Shown in pieces: positions 17,147 through 26,855 of a stretch of 64,000 nucleotides of DNA. The stretch is taken from positions 1,184,001 to 1,248,000 of the forward strand of contig CAVUKA010000001.1 of NCBI GenBank assembly GCA_963741945.1, written 5' to 3'. How positions within the stretch are numbered: position 1 is the stretch's first letter; each line of letters opens with the position of its first letter. This DNA is from an uncultured Gemmatimonadales bacterium. GTDB lineage: Bacteria; Gemmatimonadota; Gemmatimonadetes; Longimicrobiales; RSA9. The position numbers were made by a program, and so were the translations under genes. Below the pieces are notes generated by a model that was not told the DNA's origin, did no database searches, and saw only the letters and a list, made by a program, of their open reading frames with translations.

Positions 17147-17764
17147 CTATCTCACCGGCGCGCGGAGATCGAGCTCCCGGCCGCTGCGGAAGCGCAGCGT
17201 GAGCGCCACCGTGTCCCCCTTCACGAGCGGGTCGATCAGGCCGATCAGCATGATGTGGTAGCCCCCGGGCTCCAGCACCGCCTCCCCTCCGGCCGGCACC
17301 GCGACGGAGTCCACCTGCCGCATCCGCATCACGTCATCCCGCATCGAGACTTCGTGGATCTCGACCGCGGAAGCTGCCGGCGACGACGCGGCCACCAGAG
17401 CGTCCCCGGCGTCGCCTGCGTTGCGGATCGCGAGGTACGCGGCGGAATTCACCGGCGGGCGGGCGGAATCGGGGCCGATCTCGGGGACAATGGCGGCCCG
17501 GACCCACGGATCGAAGGCTGCCAGGCCATCCACGGAAGCGGCCGGGGCCGCCGCGGCGCTGTCGCCGCGCTCGTCGCCCGCCAGGATCGCGCCCTCTCCC
17601 GCGCCGTCGGAGGCACTGCCTCCGCCGTCGCTGCACCCTGCCAGCGCCGCGAGGGCCAACGGAGCCAGGAGCGCCAGAGCACGGACAGCCGCCCGGACTC
17701 GCCCGGGCGCCCGCGTGCACGCCCGCGCTCGGAGGCGCGCCGGAGCACCGGGTGAGGCGCTCAC
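17147..17764 (-). CDS. Copper chaperone PCu(A)C lipoprotein
   Basis: GTG overlaps the SCO stop; lipobox LAGC; DPWVRA, SAAYL, HE...MRM, PGGYHIML. Confidence 0.9.
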   Translation of the reverse strand: MSASPGAPARLRARACTRAPGRVRAAVRALALLAPLALAALAGCSDGGGSASDGAGEGAILAGDERGDSAAAAPAASVDGLAAFDPWVRAAIVPEIGPDSARPPVNSAAYLAIRNAGDAGDALVAASSPAASAVEIHEVSMRDDVMRMRQVDSVAVPAGGEAVLEPGGYHIMLIGLIDPLVKGDTVALTLRFRSGRELDLRAPVR

Positions 17765-18360
17765 AGGATCGCCTTCAGGTCGGCCGCCATCTGCTCGGGC
17801 TCCAGGGTGGGCCCCCAGATCAGCTCCACGCCCCCCTCGGGGTTCACCACCGTGATCGCCGCCGTGTGATCGATCAGGTAGCCCGTGGCCTCGGAGCCCT
17901 CCCGCTTCGCGTAGTAGATCCCGTAGTCTTTCGCCACGCGCGCGATCGCCTCCGGCGACCCCGTCACCCCGAGGATCCCCGGGCTCACCGCTCGCGCGTA
18001 CGCCGCCACCCGCTCCGGCGAGTCCCGCTCTGGGTCCACGCTCACGAACACCACCTGCACGCGGCCGCGCTCCTTCCCCAGCGCGTCCAGCATCCGGCTC
18101 AGGCGGAGGAGCGTGGTGGGGCAGACATCGGGGCACGACGTGTAGCCGAAGAACAGGACCACCGCCTTCCCCCGCAGCTCCGAGAGACGGACGTCGCCCG
18201 TGTCCGTGCGCAGCGTGAACGGGGGCGCCGGCGTCGCCGGCTCGAGGTGCGTCCCGGCGAACCCGTGCCGCGTCCGCCCCAGCGCCGCCCCGACGACGAG
18301 CACCACCACCAGCGCCGCGCCGGTGACCAGGAGCATCCAGATCAGTCGCTGTCGTATCAT
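17761..18360 (-). CDS. SCO family copper protein
   Basis: FFGYTSCPDVCP (CxxxC), VSVDPERD, IDHT. Confidence 0.93.
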   Translation of the reverse strand: MIRQRLIWMLLVTGAALVVVLVVGAALGRTRHGFAGTHLEPATPAPPFTLRTDTGDVRLSELRGKAVVLFFGYTSCPDVCPTTLLRLSRMLDALGKERGRVQVVFVSVDPERDSPERVAAYARAVSPGILGVTGSPEAIARVAKDYGIYYAKREGSEATGYLIDHTAAITVVNPEGGVELIWGPTLEPEQMAADLKAIL

Positions 18361-18577
18361 GGCCTTCCGCGTTGGGGGCGACTCCGCGGCAGCCCGCCGG
18401 CCGGACCGCGCTCGCCCCGGGGCATGCAGAAGCTTGGCCGACCCCGCGGCCGGACGCAACCGGGCACCGCTTCTCACCCCCCGACCAGGCCGCCACTGCC
18501 GAGGGGTTGAAAGGACCTGTCGCGCCGCCTATCTTTTCGTGCTCTGCGGACGCGGCATCGACCGCTTCCGCGGCTCT

Positions 18578-18661
18578 GGAGGTGTAGTCCTAATTGGTAA
18601 GGCACCGCACTCGAAATGCGGCGGGCGCAAGCCCATGGGGGTTCGAGTCCCTCCACCTCCG
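18578..18661 (+). tRNA. tRNA-Ser (CGA)
   Basis: GGAGGTG/CACCTCC acceptor; CCGCA-CT CGA AA-TGCGG; long variable arm. Confidence 0.92.
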
Positions 18662-18677
18662 CTGACGCCAACGAGGG

Positions 18678-18713
18678 AAGGCCCCGGCGGTTTTCACCGC
18701 CGAGGCCTTTTTT
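18678..18713 (+). terminator. Intrinsic terminator after tRNA-Ser
   Basis: AAGGCCCCGGCGG / CCGCCGAGGCCTT hairpin plus T run. Confidence 0.8.
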
Positions 18714-18903
18714 CGTCCCGCCCGCCGTCCGGAGAAAGTTGCCCCCCGTTTACCTGTGGGCTACCCTCCCCCGGCGGCAGTTCCGGAAGGAGGCGCGGCA
18801 TCCGGAGTGGCCGCTCGTGGCGAAGCTCCGGCTCACAATGCTTCCGCGTGGGCGCTCGGGAGGGCCCGCCGCGGTCACTCTTACCGTGGACAGGAAGAGA
18901 CCC

Positions 18904-20037
18904 ATGAGCGCGATGCCCGTGACGGCGCGGCTGACGGTAGCGGCGATGATGATGCTCGGCTTGTGCGGGTGCGGCGAGGGGGGCGGGGACTCCGGTCCCG
19001 TCGCACCGGAGAAGTCGGCGCCCACGGTGAAGACGATGGGCGTGAGCAACATCCTCTACAGCGCCGCCAGGGTCCGCGTCCAGATCGTGTCGAACGGAGG
19101 AGGCACGGTCACGGACAAGGGGATCTGCTGGGCCGGGCACCCCGATCCCGCCATGGCGGACCACTGCCTCTCCGACGCGGGATCAGCCTATGACTTCGCG
19201 GTCCTCATCCACGGTCTGGAGGCCAACACCGCTTACAACGTCCGGGGGTACGCCACCAACGGGTACGGCACGGCGTGGGGGGAGAACCTCCCGTTCACGA
19301 CGCTTCAGGAGGGCACCCTTCCCGCTTCGGTGGACCCGCTGATGGTTTCGAAGTGGGACGTCTTCCACTGGCCGTACAACGCCTTCTACCCGCCATACCA
19401 GGGCAATGGAGCCCCCAACGGCCGGTTCGGGGCGGCGTGTGGGCCGACCGCCTTCGCCCGCGTCCTCGGGTACTGGGGAGGCAGGATCACGGCCACGGGC
19501 CAGATCGACGCGCCGAACACGTGGGGCGACGTGCAGATGCAGGTCGACTTCGACACGCTCGTCGTGGACTATTCGAACCTGCCGGTCTCCCTGGGGTCCG
19601 GCGCGACGTTCGAGCAGTACGTGGACGTGGCCAGGGTCTTCCTCATCGCCGGTGCCATAGGACTGACCAACCAAATGGATGTCGGGACCCCGGGCGACGT
19701 CTTCATCGACGGCCTCAAAAGACATCTGAACGTCAGCGACAACGTCCGATTCGCGAGACGGTGGGAGTACTCGAGGGCGGACTGGATCGCGCTCCTCAAG
19801 AACGAGCTGGCCCACGGCCGCCCGCTGATGATCGCCGCCCGGAGCACGGATTCACCCGCGCCGGACGAGCCGGGAAGCGTGGCCGGTCACTGGTACGACA
19901 TCGAGGGATACGACGCCCAGGACCGGTTCTACATCGACTACAACATGGGCGGGTTCCGGGGCTATTTCGACGTGGATGAGTTCGGTGACTACCGGGCGTA
20001 CGGCCTGGTGGTGGTGGGGTTCGAGCCGGGCAGCTGA
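18904..20037 (+). CDS. Lipoprotein with FN3-like domain and C10-like (streptopain-type) cysteine peptidase domain
   Basis: Lipobox-like LCGCG; GLEANTAYNVRGYATNGYGTAWG FN3-like segment; ACGPTAFARVLGYW (Cys), NELAHGRP, GHWYDIEGYD (His). Confidence 0.7.
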   Translation: MSAMPVTARLTVAAMMMLGLCGCGEGGGDSGPVAPEKSAPTVKTMGVSNILYSAARVRVQIVSNGGGTVTDKGICWAGHPDPAMADHCLSDAGSAYDFAVLIHGLEANTAYNVRGYATNGYGTAWGENLPFTTLQEGTLPASVDPLMVSKWDVFHWPYNAFYPPYQGNGAPNGRFGAACGPTAFARVLGYWGGRITATGQIDAPNTWGDVQMQVDFDTLVVDYSNLPVSLGSGATFEQYVDVARVFLIAGAIGLTNQMDVGTPGDVFIDGLKRHLNVSDNVRFARRWEYSRADWIALLKNELAHGRPLMIAARSTDSPAPDEPGSVAGHWYDIEGYDAQDRFYIDYNMGGFRGYFDVDEFGDYRAYGLVVVGFEPGS

Positions 20038-20371
20038 CACGAGTCGACCAGACCCGCGCGTCGGCCGGAACCCACGCGCCGCGCACCGCTTCCGGTGGTC
20101 CGGCGCGGCCCCGCCCGGTGCCGGGTGCGCGCGGTCCGGGGAAGCGGGCTGGTCGCAGGCGATTGCGGGGAAAGCGGCCCCTCCGTCACATTCGTCGCCT
20201 GGAGGTGCCATGTCGATGCCCGAAGTCGTGGTCCCGGCCGCCACCCCCCCTCCCCGCACCGCTCCTGGGGGCCCTCCCGTTTCAACGCTTGGATGGTCGG
20301 CCCGGGCCGATGGTTGAGAGCATCCGGTCCGCAGCGGGAGACCGGCCAGCCTCAGCTTCGGCGCTGCCCTC

Positions 20372-20905
20372 TCAGAACGCGAACCCCACGTTCACGATCC
20401 GGAGCGTCGGGATCACCCTCAGCGCGCCGTCCGGGATGTCCCCGAGCAGCCGCTTCAGACCGAAGCCCACGCCCACGTAGAAGTTGCCGTTCCTGCCCAG
20501 CAGCCAGCTGTGGTTCGCGTCGAAGCCGTACCCGAAGTTCGTCGACGACTCCGACCACCCCTTCTGCCGCGTGGCACCGACCTTCAGCCCGAAGTTCCAC
20601 CCTTCGAGCGGCCGGCCGCCCGGGTAGAAACGGAAGAACACGTCGCCGTTGAAGTAGCTGGAGTCCTGCGTGTTGCCGAACTCGTCCGTGTCCTCGTCCC
20701 GCCCGTAGGAGCCACCCACCCCCATCGTGGAGGACTCGCTCACCACCCGCTCGACCTCCGCGTTGAACAGGTCGAGCAACAGGCCGAACGGGTTGGCCGA
20801 GACCACCTGTCGGTATCCCGCGCTCTCCTGCGCGCGCGCGGGGGCCGCGTGTGCCGCGGCAAGGACGATCAGCGCCGCCACGGACCGCCGTACGGTTCTC
20901 TGCAT
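20372..20905 (-). CDS. Putative outer-membrane beta-barrel protein (DUF3575-like)
   Basis: Signal peptide ending ARA-Q; SANPFGL, alternating beta strands, C-terminal NVGFAF. Confidence 0.65.
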   Translation of the reverse strand: MQRTVRRSVAALIVLAAAHAAPARAQESAGYRQVVSANPFGLLLDLFNAEVERVVSESSTMGVGGSYGRDEDTDEFGNTQDSSYFNGDVFFRFYPGGRPLEGWNFGLKVGATRQKGWSESSTNFGYGFDANHSWLLGRNGNFYVGVGFGLKRLLGDIPDGALRVIPTLRIVNVGFAF

Positions 20906-21154
20906 CGAAGGGCTCTCCAGGGAGGGTCGGGCGCCGCGCGAGCGCGCGATGATTGAGCTTAATCCCTTCCGGCTTCTTTTCAAGGGGCGACGACGGGGCG
21001 GCCCTGCCCTCACGCCGCGCCTCGCGCTCCTCGTGACCAGCACGCTGCTCCGCGCGGGCGCTACGGTGGAGCCGAGGCGGAGCCGGACCGGCGCCGTCGA
21101 GGACCACCAGGGACTGCGGCCGGGCCATCGGCTGAGGCCCTCTGCTGCAGCGGT

Positions 21155-21450
21155 GATAGACGAGGGCGTGGCCGAGCTCGAGCGCGCGGTCGAGCTCGCG
21201 CCCGACAACCCCCAGTGGCTCGCCCAGCTCGGACAGGCCATGGCAATGGCCGGCCGCGTCGACGACGCCCGGCGGATCCTGCGCCAGCTGGAGGAGCGGG
21301 CGGCGACGGAGTTCGTCGCCCCCTGCCACCTCGCCACATCCACACCGGGCTCGGGGACCACGAGCGCGCCATCGACCTCCTGGAGCGCTCGTTCGAGGAG
21401 CGGCCGCGGCGATCTACGGCATCGGGGCTCGTTCCTGTTCGCCGCGCTCC
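21155..21450 (+). pseudogene. Frameshifted C-terminal TPR fragment of a TolB-like/TPR family protein
   Basis: ELERAVELAPDNPQWLAQLGQAMAMAGRVDDARRIL...FVAPCHLA, frameshift, HTGLGDHERAIDLLERSFEER, frameshift, GSFLFAAL; no start. Confidence 0.7.
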
Positions 21451-22104
21451 CGGTCGTACCGTTCCGCCCAACGGCTGGTCTCGCGCCGACCATCGATGAG
21501 CTGCACGTTCAGTCGGATCCTACTGGAGGAGCTCTGGACCGACCCTTCCAGCAGCGTGGAGACATTGAGATCCCCGGCGATGGCGGACAGGCGCTTTTCC
21601 GTGTCGCGATACGCCAGCACGGACCGTCGCGCGATGACGGTGAGCCCGGGCACTCTCGAGAGCGCCGTCAGCACATCGCCGTGCAGTCCGGAAGCGAGGA
21701 CCGCCACGTCGTCGGTACCGCTCAGGTTGTCGAACGGCAGCACGGCGACGGAGCTCGGGTCGGGGTGGCGCCCCGCGAGTCCGACGTCGGCGGGCCTTCG
21801 CGGGCGGCCGCACCGGTGGCGGAGCCATCACCGGCGGGTCCGCGTCAGCACCGTCCGTGCGCTCGATCCCCGTGGGCGTGACGTCGTAGGTCCAGGCCAG
21901 AACCAGGGCCAGCGGGAATGCGAACACGGCCACGGCGAAGACCACGCCTACGGTCCACGAGGGCAGCCGGGTGTACGGGAGCGCGATGTCCGAGAGCTCC
22001 ACCACCGCGGCCGCCACGGCAACATAGATCGCCGTGCTGCGGTACACCTTCCGGATGCGCAGCTCGGCCAGGAATCGGCGGATCCTCGACGTCCGGCCGG
22101 TCAT
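21448..22104 (-). pseudogene. Frameshifted, truncated N-terminal half of a TM + TolB-like/TPR protein
   Basis: FLAELRIRKVYRSTAIY...LVLAWTYDVTPTG, frameshift near 21790, then SVAVLPFDNLS...LEGSVQ...RLNVQLID...WAERYDRE, then it ends. Confidence 0.75.
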
Positions 22105-22236
22105 CTCCGAAGGCGCTGCAGCATCATGACGCCCCGGCGTTCGCAGGTGATCCCGACGTCCGACGCGGGGATCCTCGTGCGTGCGGCTGTCGGTACGGAG
22201 CCGCTGCGGGGGCACCCCCGCTTCCAGGGCACCTCG

Positions 22237-23244
22237 TCAAGCCCGCCTCGGGCCGTCCTCGAGCAGGGCGTAATTGGTGATGAAGAGCGTCTTCTGCACG
22301 CCGCGCGTGGTTCCGAACGCGAGCGACGCGGGAAAGTCCAGCGCGGGATCCGGCTCACCGGCGGCGCCGGCCAGGTCCATCACCTCGCCGGTGGCCGGAT
22401 CGATCCGGATCACGCGGTTCTGGACGTTGAGCGCCGCGTACAGCCGCCCCTGCGCATCCACTTCCAGACCATCCAGACCGAACAGCGCCTCGCCGCCCGC
22501 CACCTGCTCCGGTGTGCCCGGCGAGCCGTCCGGGTTCACGGGGATCTCCACCACCAGCCCCTTCTCTGAGTTGGTAACGTAGAGGCTCCCTTCGTGGAAC
22601 GCGATGCCGTTCGCGCCCACGGGCACGCCCAGCCCGAACGCGCCCGTGCCTTCCAACGTCGGATCCTGGATCCAGATCCCGACCTCGCCCGCAGGATCGA
22701 TCCGCCACACTGCGCCCTGGCCCGAGTCGGTCACGTAGAGCGACCCGCGGGGGTCGGACGCCATTCCGTTCGGGAATACGATGTCCTCCGTGCCCGCCAG
22801 GCGAATGGCCTCGCCGCCGTTCCGGCCGATCCGGTACACGCCGACAGTGGCGGGGTCGAACGAGGCCAGCGCGGCGTAGACATCGCCTGCGGGAGTCGTC
22901 GCCAGCCCCACCGCGCCCGGAGCACCCTCGGGAACGTCGCCGGCCAGCGTGGCGAACACCGACCGCGTCCCGGCCGGCGTGATCCGCACCACCTCGCCCA
23001 GCGGCGCGTACGTGGTGTACAGGTTGCCCCGCTTGTCGAACGCGAGCCCTTCCGGCATCTCGTGCGCCGCCATGTCGAACAGCGCGAACGCCTGCGCATC
23101 GCCGATCGCGCCGACATGCGCGGACGACGACGCCTTCGACGCGGTGGCGTCCTCCGTTGTGATCGCGTTGGCGCCCCCATCCGCGCACGCGGCGCTGGCG
23201 AGCAGCAGAAGGACGGGAATGGCGGGTCGGCGTAGTACCGGCAT
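22237..23244 (-). CDS. SMP-30/gluconolactonase-like beta-propeller lipoprotein
   Basis: Signal/lipobox; PEGLAFD, FPNGMASD..GSLYVTDS, GANGIAF, DGLEVD, FPASLAFG repeats. Confidence 0.8.
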   Translation of the reverse strand: MPVLRRPAIPVLLLLASAACADGGANAITTEDATASKASSSAHVGAIGDAQAFALFDMAAHEMPEGLAFDKRGNLYTTYAPLGEVVRITPAGTRSVFATLAGDVPEGAPGAVGLATTPAGDVYAALASFDPATVGVYRIGRNGGEAIRLAGTEDIVFPNGMASDPRGSLYVTDSGQGAVWRIDPAGEVGIWIQDPTLEGTGAFGLGVPVGANGIAFHEGSLYVTNSEKGLVVEIPVNPDGSPGTPEQVAGGEALFGLDGLEVDAQGRLYAALNVQNRVIRIDPATGEVMDLAGAAGEPDPALDFPASLAFGTTRGVQKTLFITNYALLEDGPRRA

Positions 23245-23344
23245 ATGACCTCCTGGAGAGTGGAAGGAGCCCAGCGAAGGCGGGGAATGGCCCGTTCGAC
23301 TGAGATTCCACAGACGAAGATCAGTCGACGAAACGCGCGGGGGC

Positions 23345-25747
23345 TCAATCCAGGAAGTTCAGCGACTTCAGCAGCGCGACGAAGCGGGGGTCGGAGCGAA
23401 GCGGGTCGAAGATCGGGTCGTGGCCGATCCAGCAGAGGAACTGGGAGTCGGCGGCGCGGGCGCGCTCCAGCGCCTCGGTGGCCTCTCCCGACTCCCCGAG
23501 CCCGAGGTGTACCAGGGCGAGATTGAACGGCGCCACCGTTGCGTCCGGTGACTCGGCGCGGAGGGTGTCGAGCGCGGCAATGGCGCGGGGGCGGTCGCCG
23601 GCCGCGCCGTAGGCAAAGGCGAGGTACGCGGTGACGAACGGCGGTGCCCCGAGGGTCCGCGCCTCCACCAGGAAGGGGATCGCTCCCGCGAAGTCGCCCC
23701 GGGCGAGACGGGCCCATCCGCGGACCATCACCGGAAAGAAGAAGGTGGGATCGAGCTCGATGGCGCGCCGCATGAGCGAGTCGACGGTAACGGTGTCCTT
23801 CTGGAAGATGGGTGCGATGGTGGCATCGACCAGCACCTGGGGCGAAAGCGGGTCGAGCGCCGCCGCGAGCCGGCTCTCGGCCGCGGATTCCGCGTAGCGC
23901 CCGGTGAAGGCGAGGTTCAGGGCGAACTGGTCGTGCGCGAACGCGTAGCTCGGGTTGAGGGCGATGGCGCGTCGGAACTCCGCTTCGCTCCCGCTCCAGT
24001 CGTATTCGTAGAAGAGCTTGAACACGGCGAGGGACGTGCGCGCCTCCGCGGAGCGCGGGTCCAGCGACACCGCTTTCTCCGCGGCGGCCCTCGCCCGGGG
24101 CTCGGCGGCCGAAGCAGTGATGAACCCCTCGTTGTAGCCGGCCCACAGGTAGGCGTCGGACAGTCCCGAGTAGGCGGGTGCGAACGTTGAGTCGATGGCA
24201 ACCGCCTGCTGGAACTGCTGGATCGCCTTCCGCAGGTTCTCGTCGCTTGGCCGGTTGAAGAAGTAGCGACCCATGAGGTACGCGTCGTGGGCGCGCGGGT
24301 CGACGGTGGGCGCCGCGGCCAGGCGAGTCTGCTCGCTCGCGGTCAGGCGGATGTCGATGGCATCGGCGATGGCGGCCGCCAGGTCGGATTGCAGCGCCAG
24401 GACGTCGCTCGAGCGGCGTTCGAAGCTGCGGGCCCACAGGTGCCTGTCCGCGCGCGCGTCGATGAGCTGCGCGTTGATCCGCACCCGGTCTCCTTCGCGC
24501 ACGACCGACCCCTCCACCACCGCGTCCACGCCGAGCGATTTCGCGATCTCCGGCATGGCGGGGCGGCTCCGACCCTGGAACTGCATGGCGGACCCCCGCG
24601 AGATGACGCGGAGCTGGCTGATGGTGGCGAGCGCGGTGGTCAGCTCGTCCGTCATGCCTTCCGCGAAGTAGTCCTGGGCCGGGTCGCCGGAGTAGTTGTC
24701 GAGCGGCAGGACGGCGACGGAGCGGATCCCGCCACTCCCGGCAGCGTCGGCCGTGCTCGGCGCTGCCGCAGGGGGGCCGGGCAGCCCGTAGCGGCCGATC
24801 GCCGCGACCGCCACGCCGGCGATGACCACGAGCGCTGCGACGACGGCGCGGCGCCAGCGTGGCCCCCACTTCTTCCCACCCGCGGGGGCCGGCCGCACAG
24901 CCGTAGCCGGAGCGGTGAGCGCGTCCGCGAGTTCGCGGGCAGTGGCGAAGCGGTCGGCCGGCTCCCTGGCCAGGGCGCGCGTGATGGCGGCCTCCAGCTC
25001 CGGGGGAACCCCGTCCCGCAGCACGTGCACCGGCGTGGGGCGCTCCGTCAGGAGCTTCGCGATCAGGGCGCGCGCGGTACTCCCGGTCACGGGCGGCTCG
25101 CCGGTCAGCATCTCGTACGCCACCGCGCCGAGCGAGTAGATGTCGGTGCGCGCATCGATATCGCGCTCTCCCGTGACCTGCTCCGCGCTCATGTACGAGG
25201 GTGTGCCCACGGAGAGGCCGGTGCCGGTGAGACGGTCGCCGGAGAGATCGGCAAGGGCGATGGCGATGCCGAAGTCGGCCAGCAGCGCCTCGCCCTCATG
25301 GAGCAGGATGTTCGCCGGCTTCAGGTCACGGTGGACGACGCCGCGCCGATGGGCGAAGTCGAGTGCGCTCGCCACCTGTCCGACGATCCGGACGACCTCC
25401 ATGACCGGCAGCACCTTTTCACGGTCGAGGCGCTCCCGGACGGATCCCCCTTCCACCAGCGGCATGACGTAGAAGAGGACGCCGTCGGCTTCGCCGGAGT
25501 CGTAGAGCGGCAGGATGTGCGGGTGCTGGAGGTTCGCGGTGACCTGGATTTCCCGGAGGAACCGCGTGGAGCCGATCGCCGCGGCGAGCTCCGGCTGGAG
25601 CACCTTGATGGCGACCTGCCGGTCGTGACGGAGGTCGTGCGCGGCGAAGACCGTGGCCATTCCGCCGCGTCCGAGCACGCGATCGAGGCGGTAGCGGCCG
25701 GCGAGCGCCTGGTTCAGCCGGTCCAGCGGCCACGGGAGGTCGTTCAC
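23345..25747 (-). CDS. Hanks-type Ser/Thr protein kinase with TM, TolB-like and TPR domains
   Basis: LGRGGMATV, VAIKVL, HRDLKPANIL, ADFG, GTPSYMS; SVAVLPLDN; TPR repeats; DPLRSDPRF. Start uncertain. Confidence 0.92.
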   Translation of the reverse strand: MNDLPWPLDRLNQALAGRYRLDRVLGRGGMATVFAAHDLRHDRQVAIKVLQPELAAAIGSTRFLREIQVTANLQHPHILPLYDSGEADGVLFYVMPLVEGGSVRERLDREKVLPVMEVVRIVGQVASALDFAHRRGVVHRDLKPANILLHEGEALLADFGIAIALADLSGDRLTGTGLSVGTPSYMSAEQVTGERDIDARTDIYSLGAVAYEMLTGEPPVTGSTARALIAKLLTERPTPVHVLRDGVPPELEAAITRALAREPADRFATARELADALTAPATAVRPAPAGGKKWGPRWRRAVVAALVVIAGVAVAAIGRYGLPGPPAAAPSTADAAGSGGIRSVAVLPLDNYSGDPAQDYFAEGMTDELTTALATISQLRVISRGSAMQFQGRSRPAMPEIAKSLGVDAVVEGSVVREGDRVRINAQLIDARADRHLWARSFERRSSDVLALQSDLAAAIADAIDIRLTASEQTRLAAAPTVDPRAHDAYLMGRYFFNRPSDENLRKAIQQFQQAVAIDSTFAPAYSGLSDAYLWAGYNEGFITASAAEPRARAAAEKAVSLDPRSAEARTSLAVFKLFYEYDWSGSEAEFRRAIALNPSYAFAHDQFALNLAFTGRYAESAAESRLAAALDPLSPQVLVDATIAPIFQKDTVTVDSLMRRAIELDPTFFFPVMVRGWARLARGDFAGAIPFLVEARTLGAPPFVTAYLAFAYGAAGDRPRAIAALDTLRAESPDATVAPFNLALVHLGLGESGEATEALERARAADSQFLCWIGHDPIFDPLRSDPRFVALLKSLNFLD

Positions 25748-25923
25748 GCGAATCCGGGTAGCAGGTGAGATGGCGCGGCGGGTGCCGAACAATGGAGCGG
25801 GCGACGGAGGCGCGTCAAGAACGGCAGGCGGCGCGTGGCGCGACCTGGCGGGCGCGACCACTTTGAATGGAGAGGTGAAGTCCGCACCTCACCACTTCCG
25901 CGAACCCGATGTGCGCCGCGCCG

Positions 25924-26841
25924 ATGACTTCGCTCCCCGAGCGCTGGCTGGTCCTCATGGCCCCCGCCGCCACCAGGTCGGAGGCACTGCTGCTGGTGGA
26001 CGCCCTCCGGCGTGTGGGTGCCCGCGCGGTCGAGCGGCGTGGCGACCGGGTGGAGGCGCTCTTCCCGCCGCCCGGAGACCCGGCATCGCTGGTGGCAGAC
26101 GCGACCTCCTCCATCCGCGCGAGCACGTCGCTCCCCGACCCTCAGCTCTCCTGGGAATGGCGCAGCCACGAGGAGTGGGCCGCGGCGTGGCGGGCGACGC
26201 ACCCGCCGGAGCGGGTCGCGGAGCGGCTGGTGGTGGCGCCCACGGGGAGCGCATGGGGCGGCGGCGACGACGACCTCGTCATCCGGCTCGACCCGGCCGT
26301 GGCGTTCGGGACGGCCGAGCACCCGACCACGCGCGCGTGCCTCCGCATCCTCGGCTCCATTCCGCTGGAGGGCGCGCGCATCGTGGACATTGGCGCGGGC
26401 TCGGGCATCCTCTCCATCGCGGCTGCGCTCCTCGGTGCCGGACGCGTCCTGGCGCTGGAGGCCGACGCCCTGGCCTGCGCGGTGGCGCGGGAAAACGCGC
26501 GGGCCAGCGGCGTGCCAAGACGGGTGGAGGTGCTGGAGCGCCGGGTCACGGCGGGGGACCTGGGTCGCCTGGGTCGACTCACCGGGTGGGCGAGGCGCGC
26601 TCCCTTCGACCTCGTGCTGGCGAACCTCGACGCGGCTATGGTCCTGTCGCTGCTGCCGGGCCTTCCGCGACTGCTGCGAGCCGGCGGCTCCATCGTGCTT
26701 TCGGGCGTCCTGCGGATGGAGCGCGACGCCGTTCTGGCCGCGGCCGTGGCCGCGGGGCTCGCGGTGGCGAGAGAGGAGCGCGATGGCGGGTGGTGGACGG
26801 GCCGGCTGACGGCGGGCGGTGGGCGGTGGCGCGGATCTTGA
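25924..26841 (+). CDS. prmA: 50S ribosomal protein L11 methyltransferase
   Basis: LDPAVAFGTAEHPTT, DIGAGSGILSIAA, FDLVLANL, LSGVL. Confidence 0.85.
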   Translation: MTSLPERWLVLMAPAATRSEALLLVDALRRVGARAVERRGDRVEALFPPPGDPASLVADATSSIRASTSLPDPQLSWEWRSHEEWAAAWRATHPPERVAERLVVAPTGSAWGGGDDDLVIRLDPAVAFGTAEHPTTRACLRILGSIPLEGARIVDIGAGSGILSIAAALLGAGRVLALEADALACAVARENARASGVPRRVEVLERRVTAGDLGRLGRLTGWARRAPFDLVLANLDAAMVLSLLPGLPRLLRAGGSIVLSGVLRMERDAVLAAAVAAGLAVAREERDGGWWTGRLTAGGGRWRGS

Positions 26842-26855
26842 CCGCGCTGGGCGGC

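Noticed and set aside
20210-20317. Short ORF with GGAGG RBS (MSMPEVVVP...)
   Set aside because: 35 codons, probably a frameshifted remnant; no family can be supported
18578-25747. Integrative island at tRNA-Ser(CGA)
   Set aside because: Content looks accessory, but I found no integrase and no duplicated tRNA 3-prime end by eye
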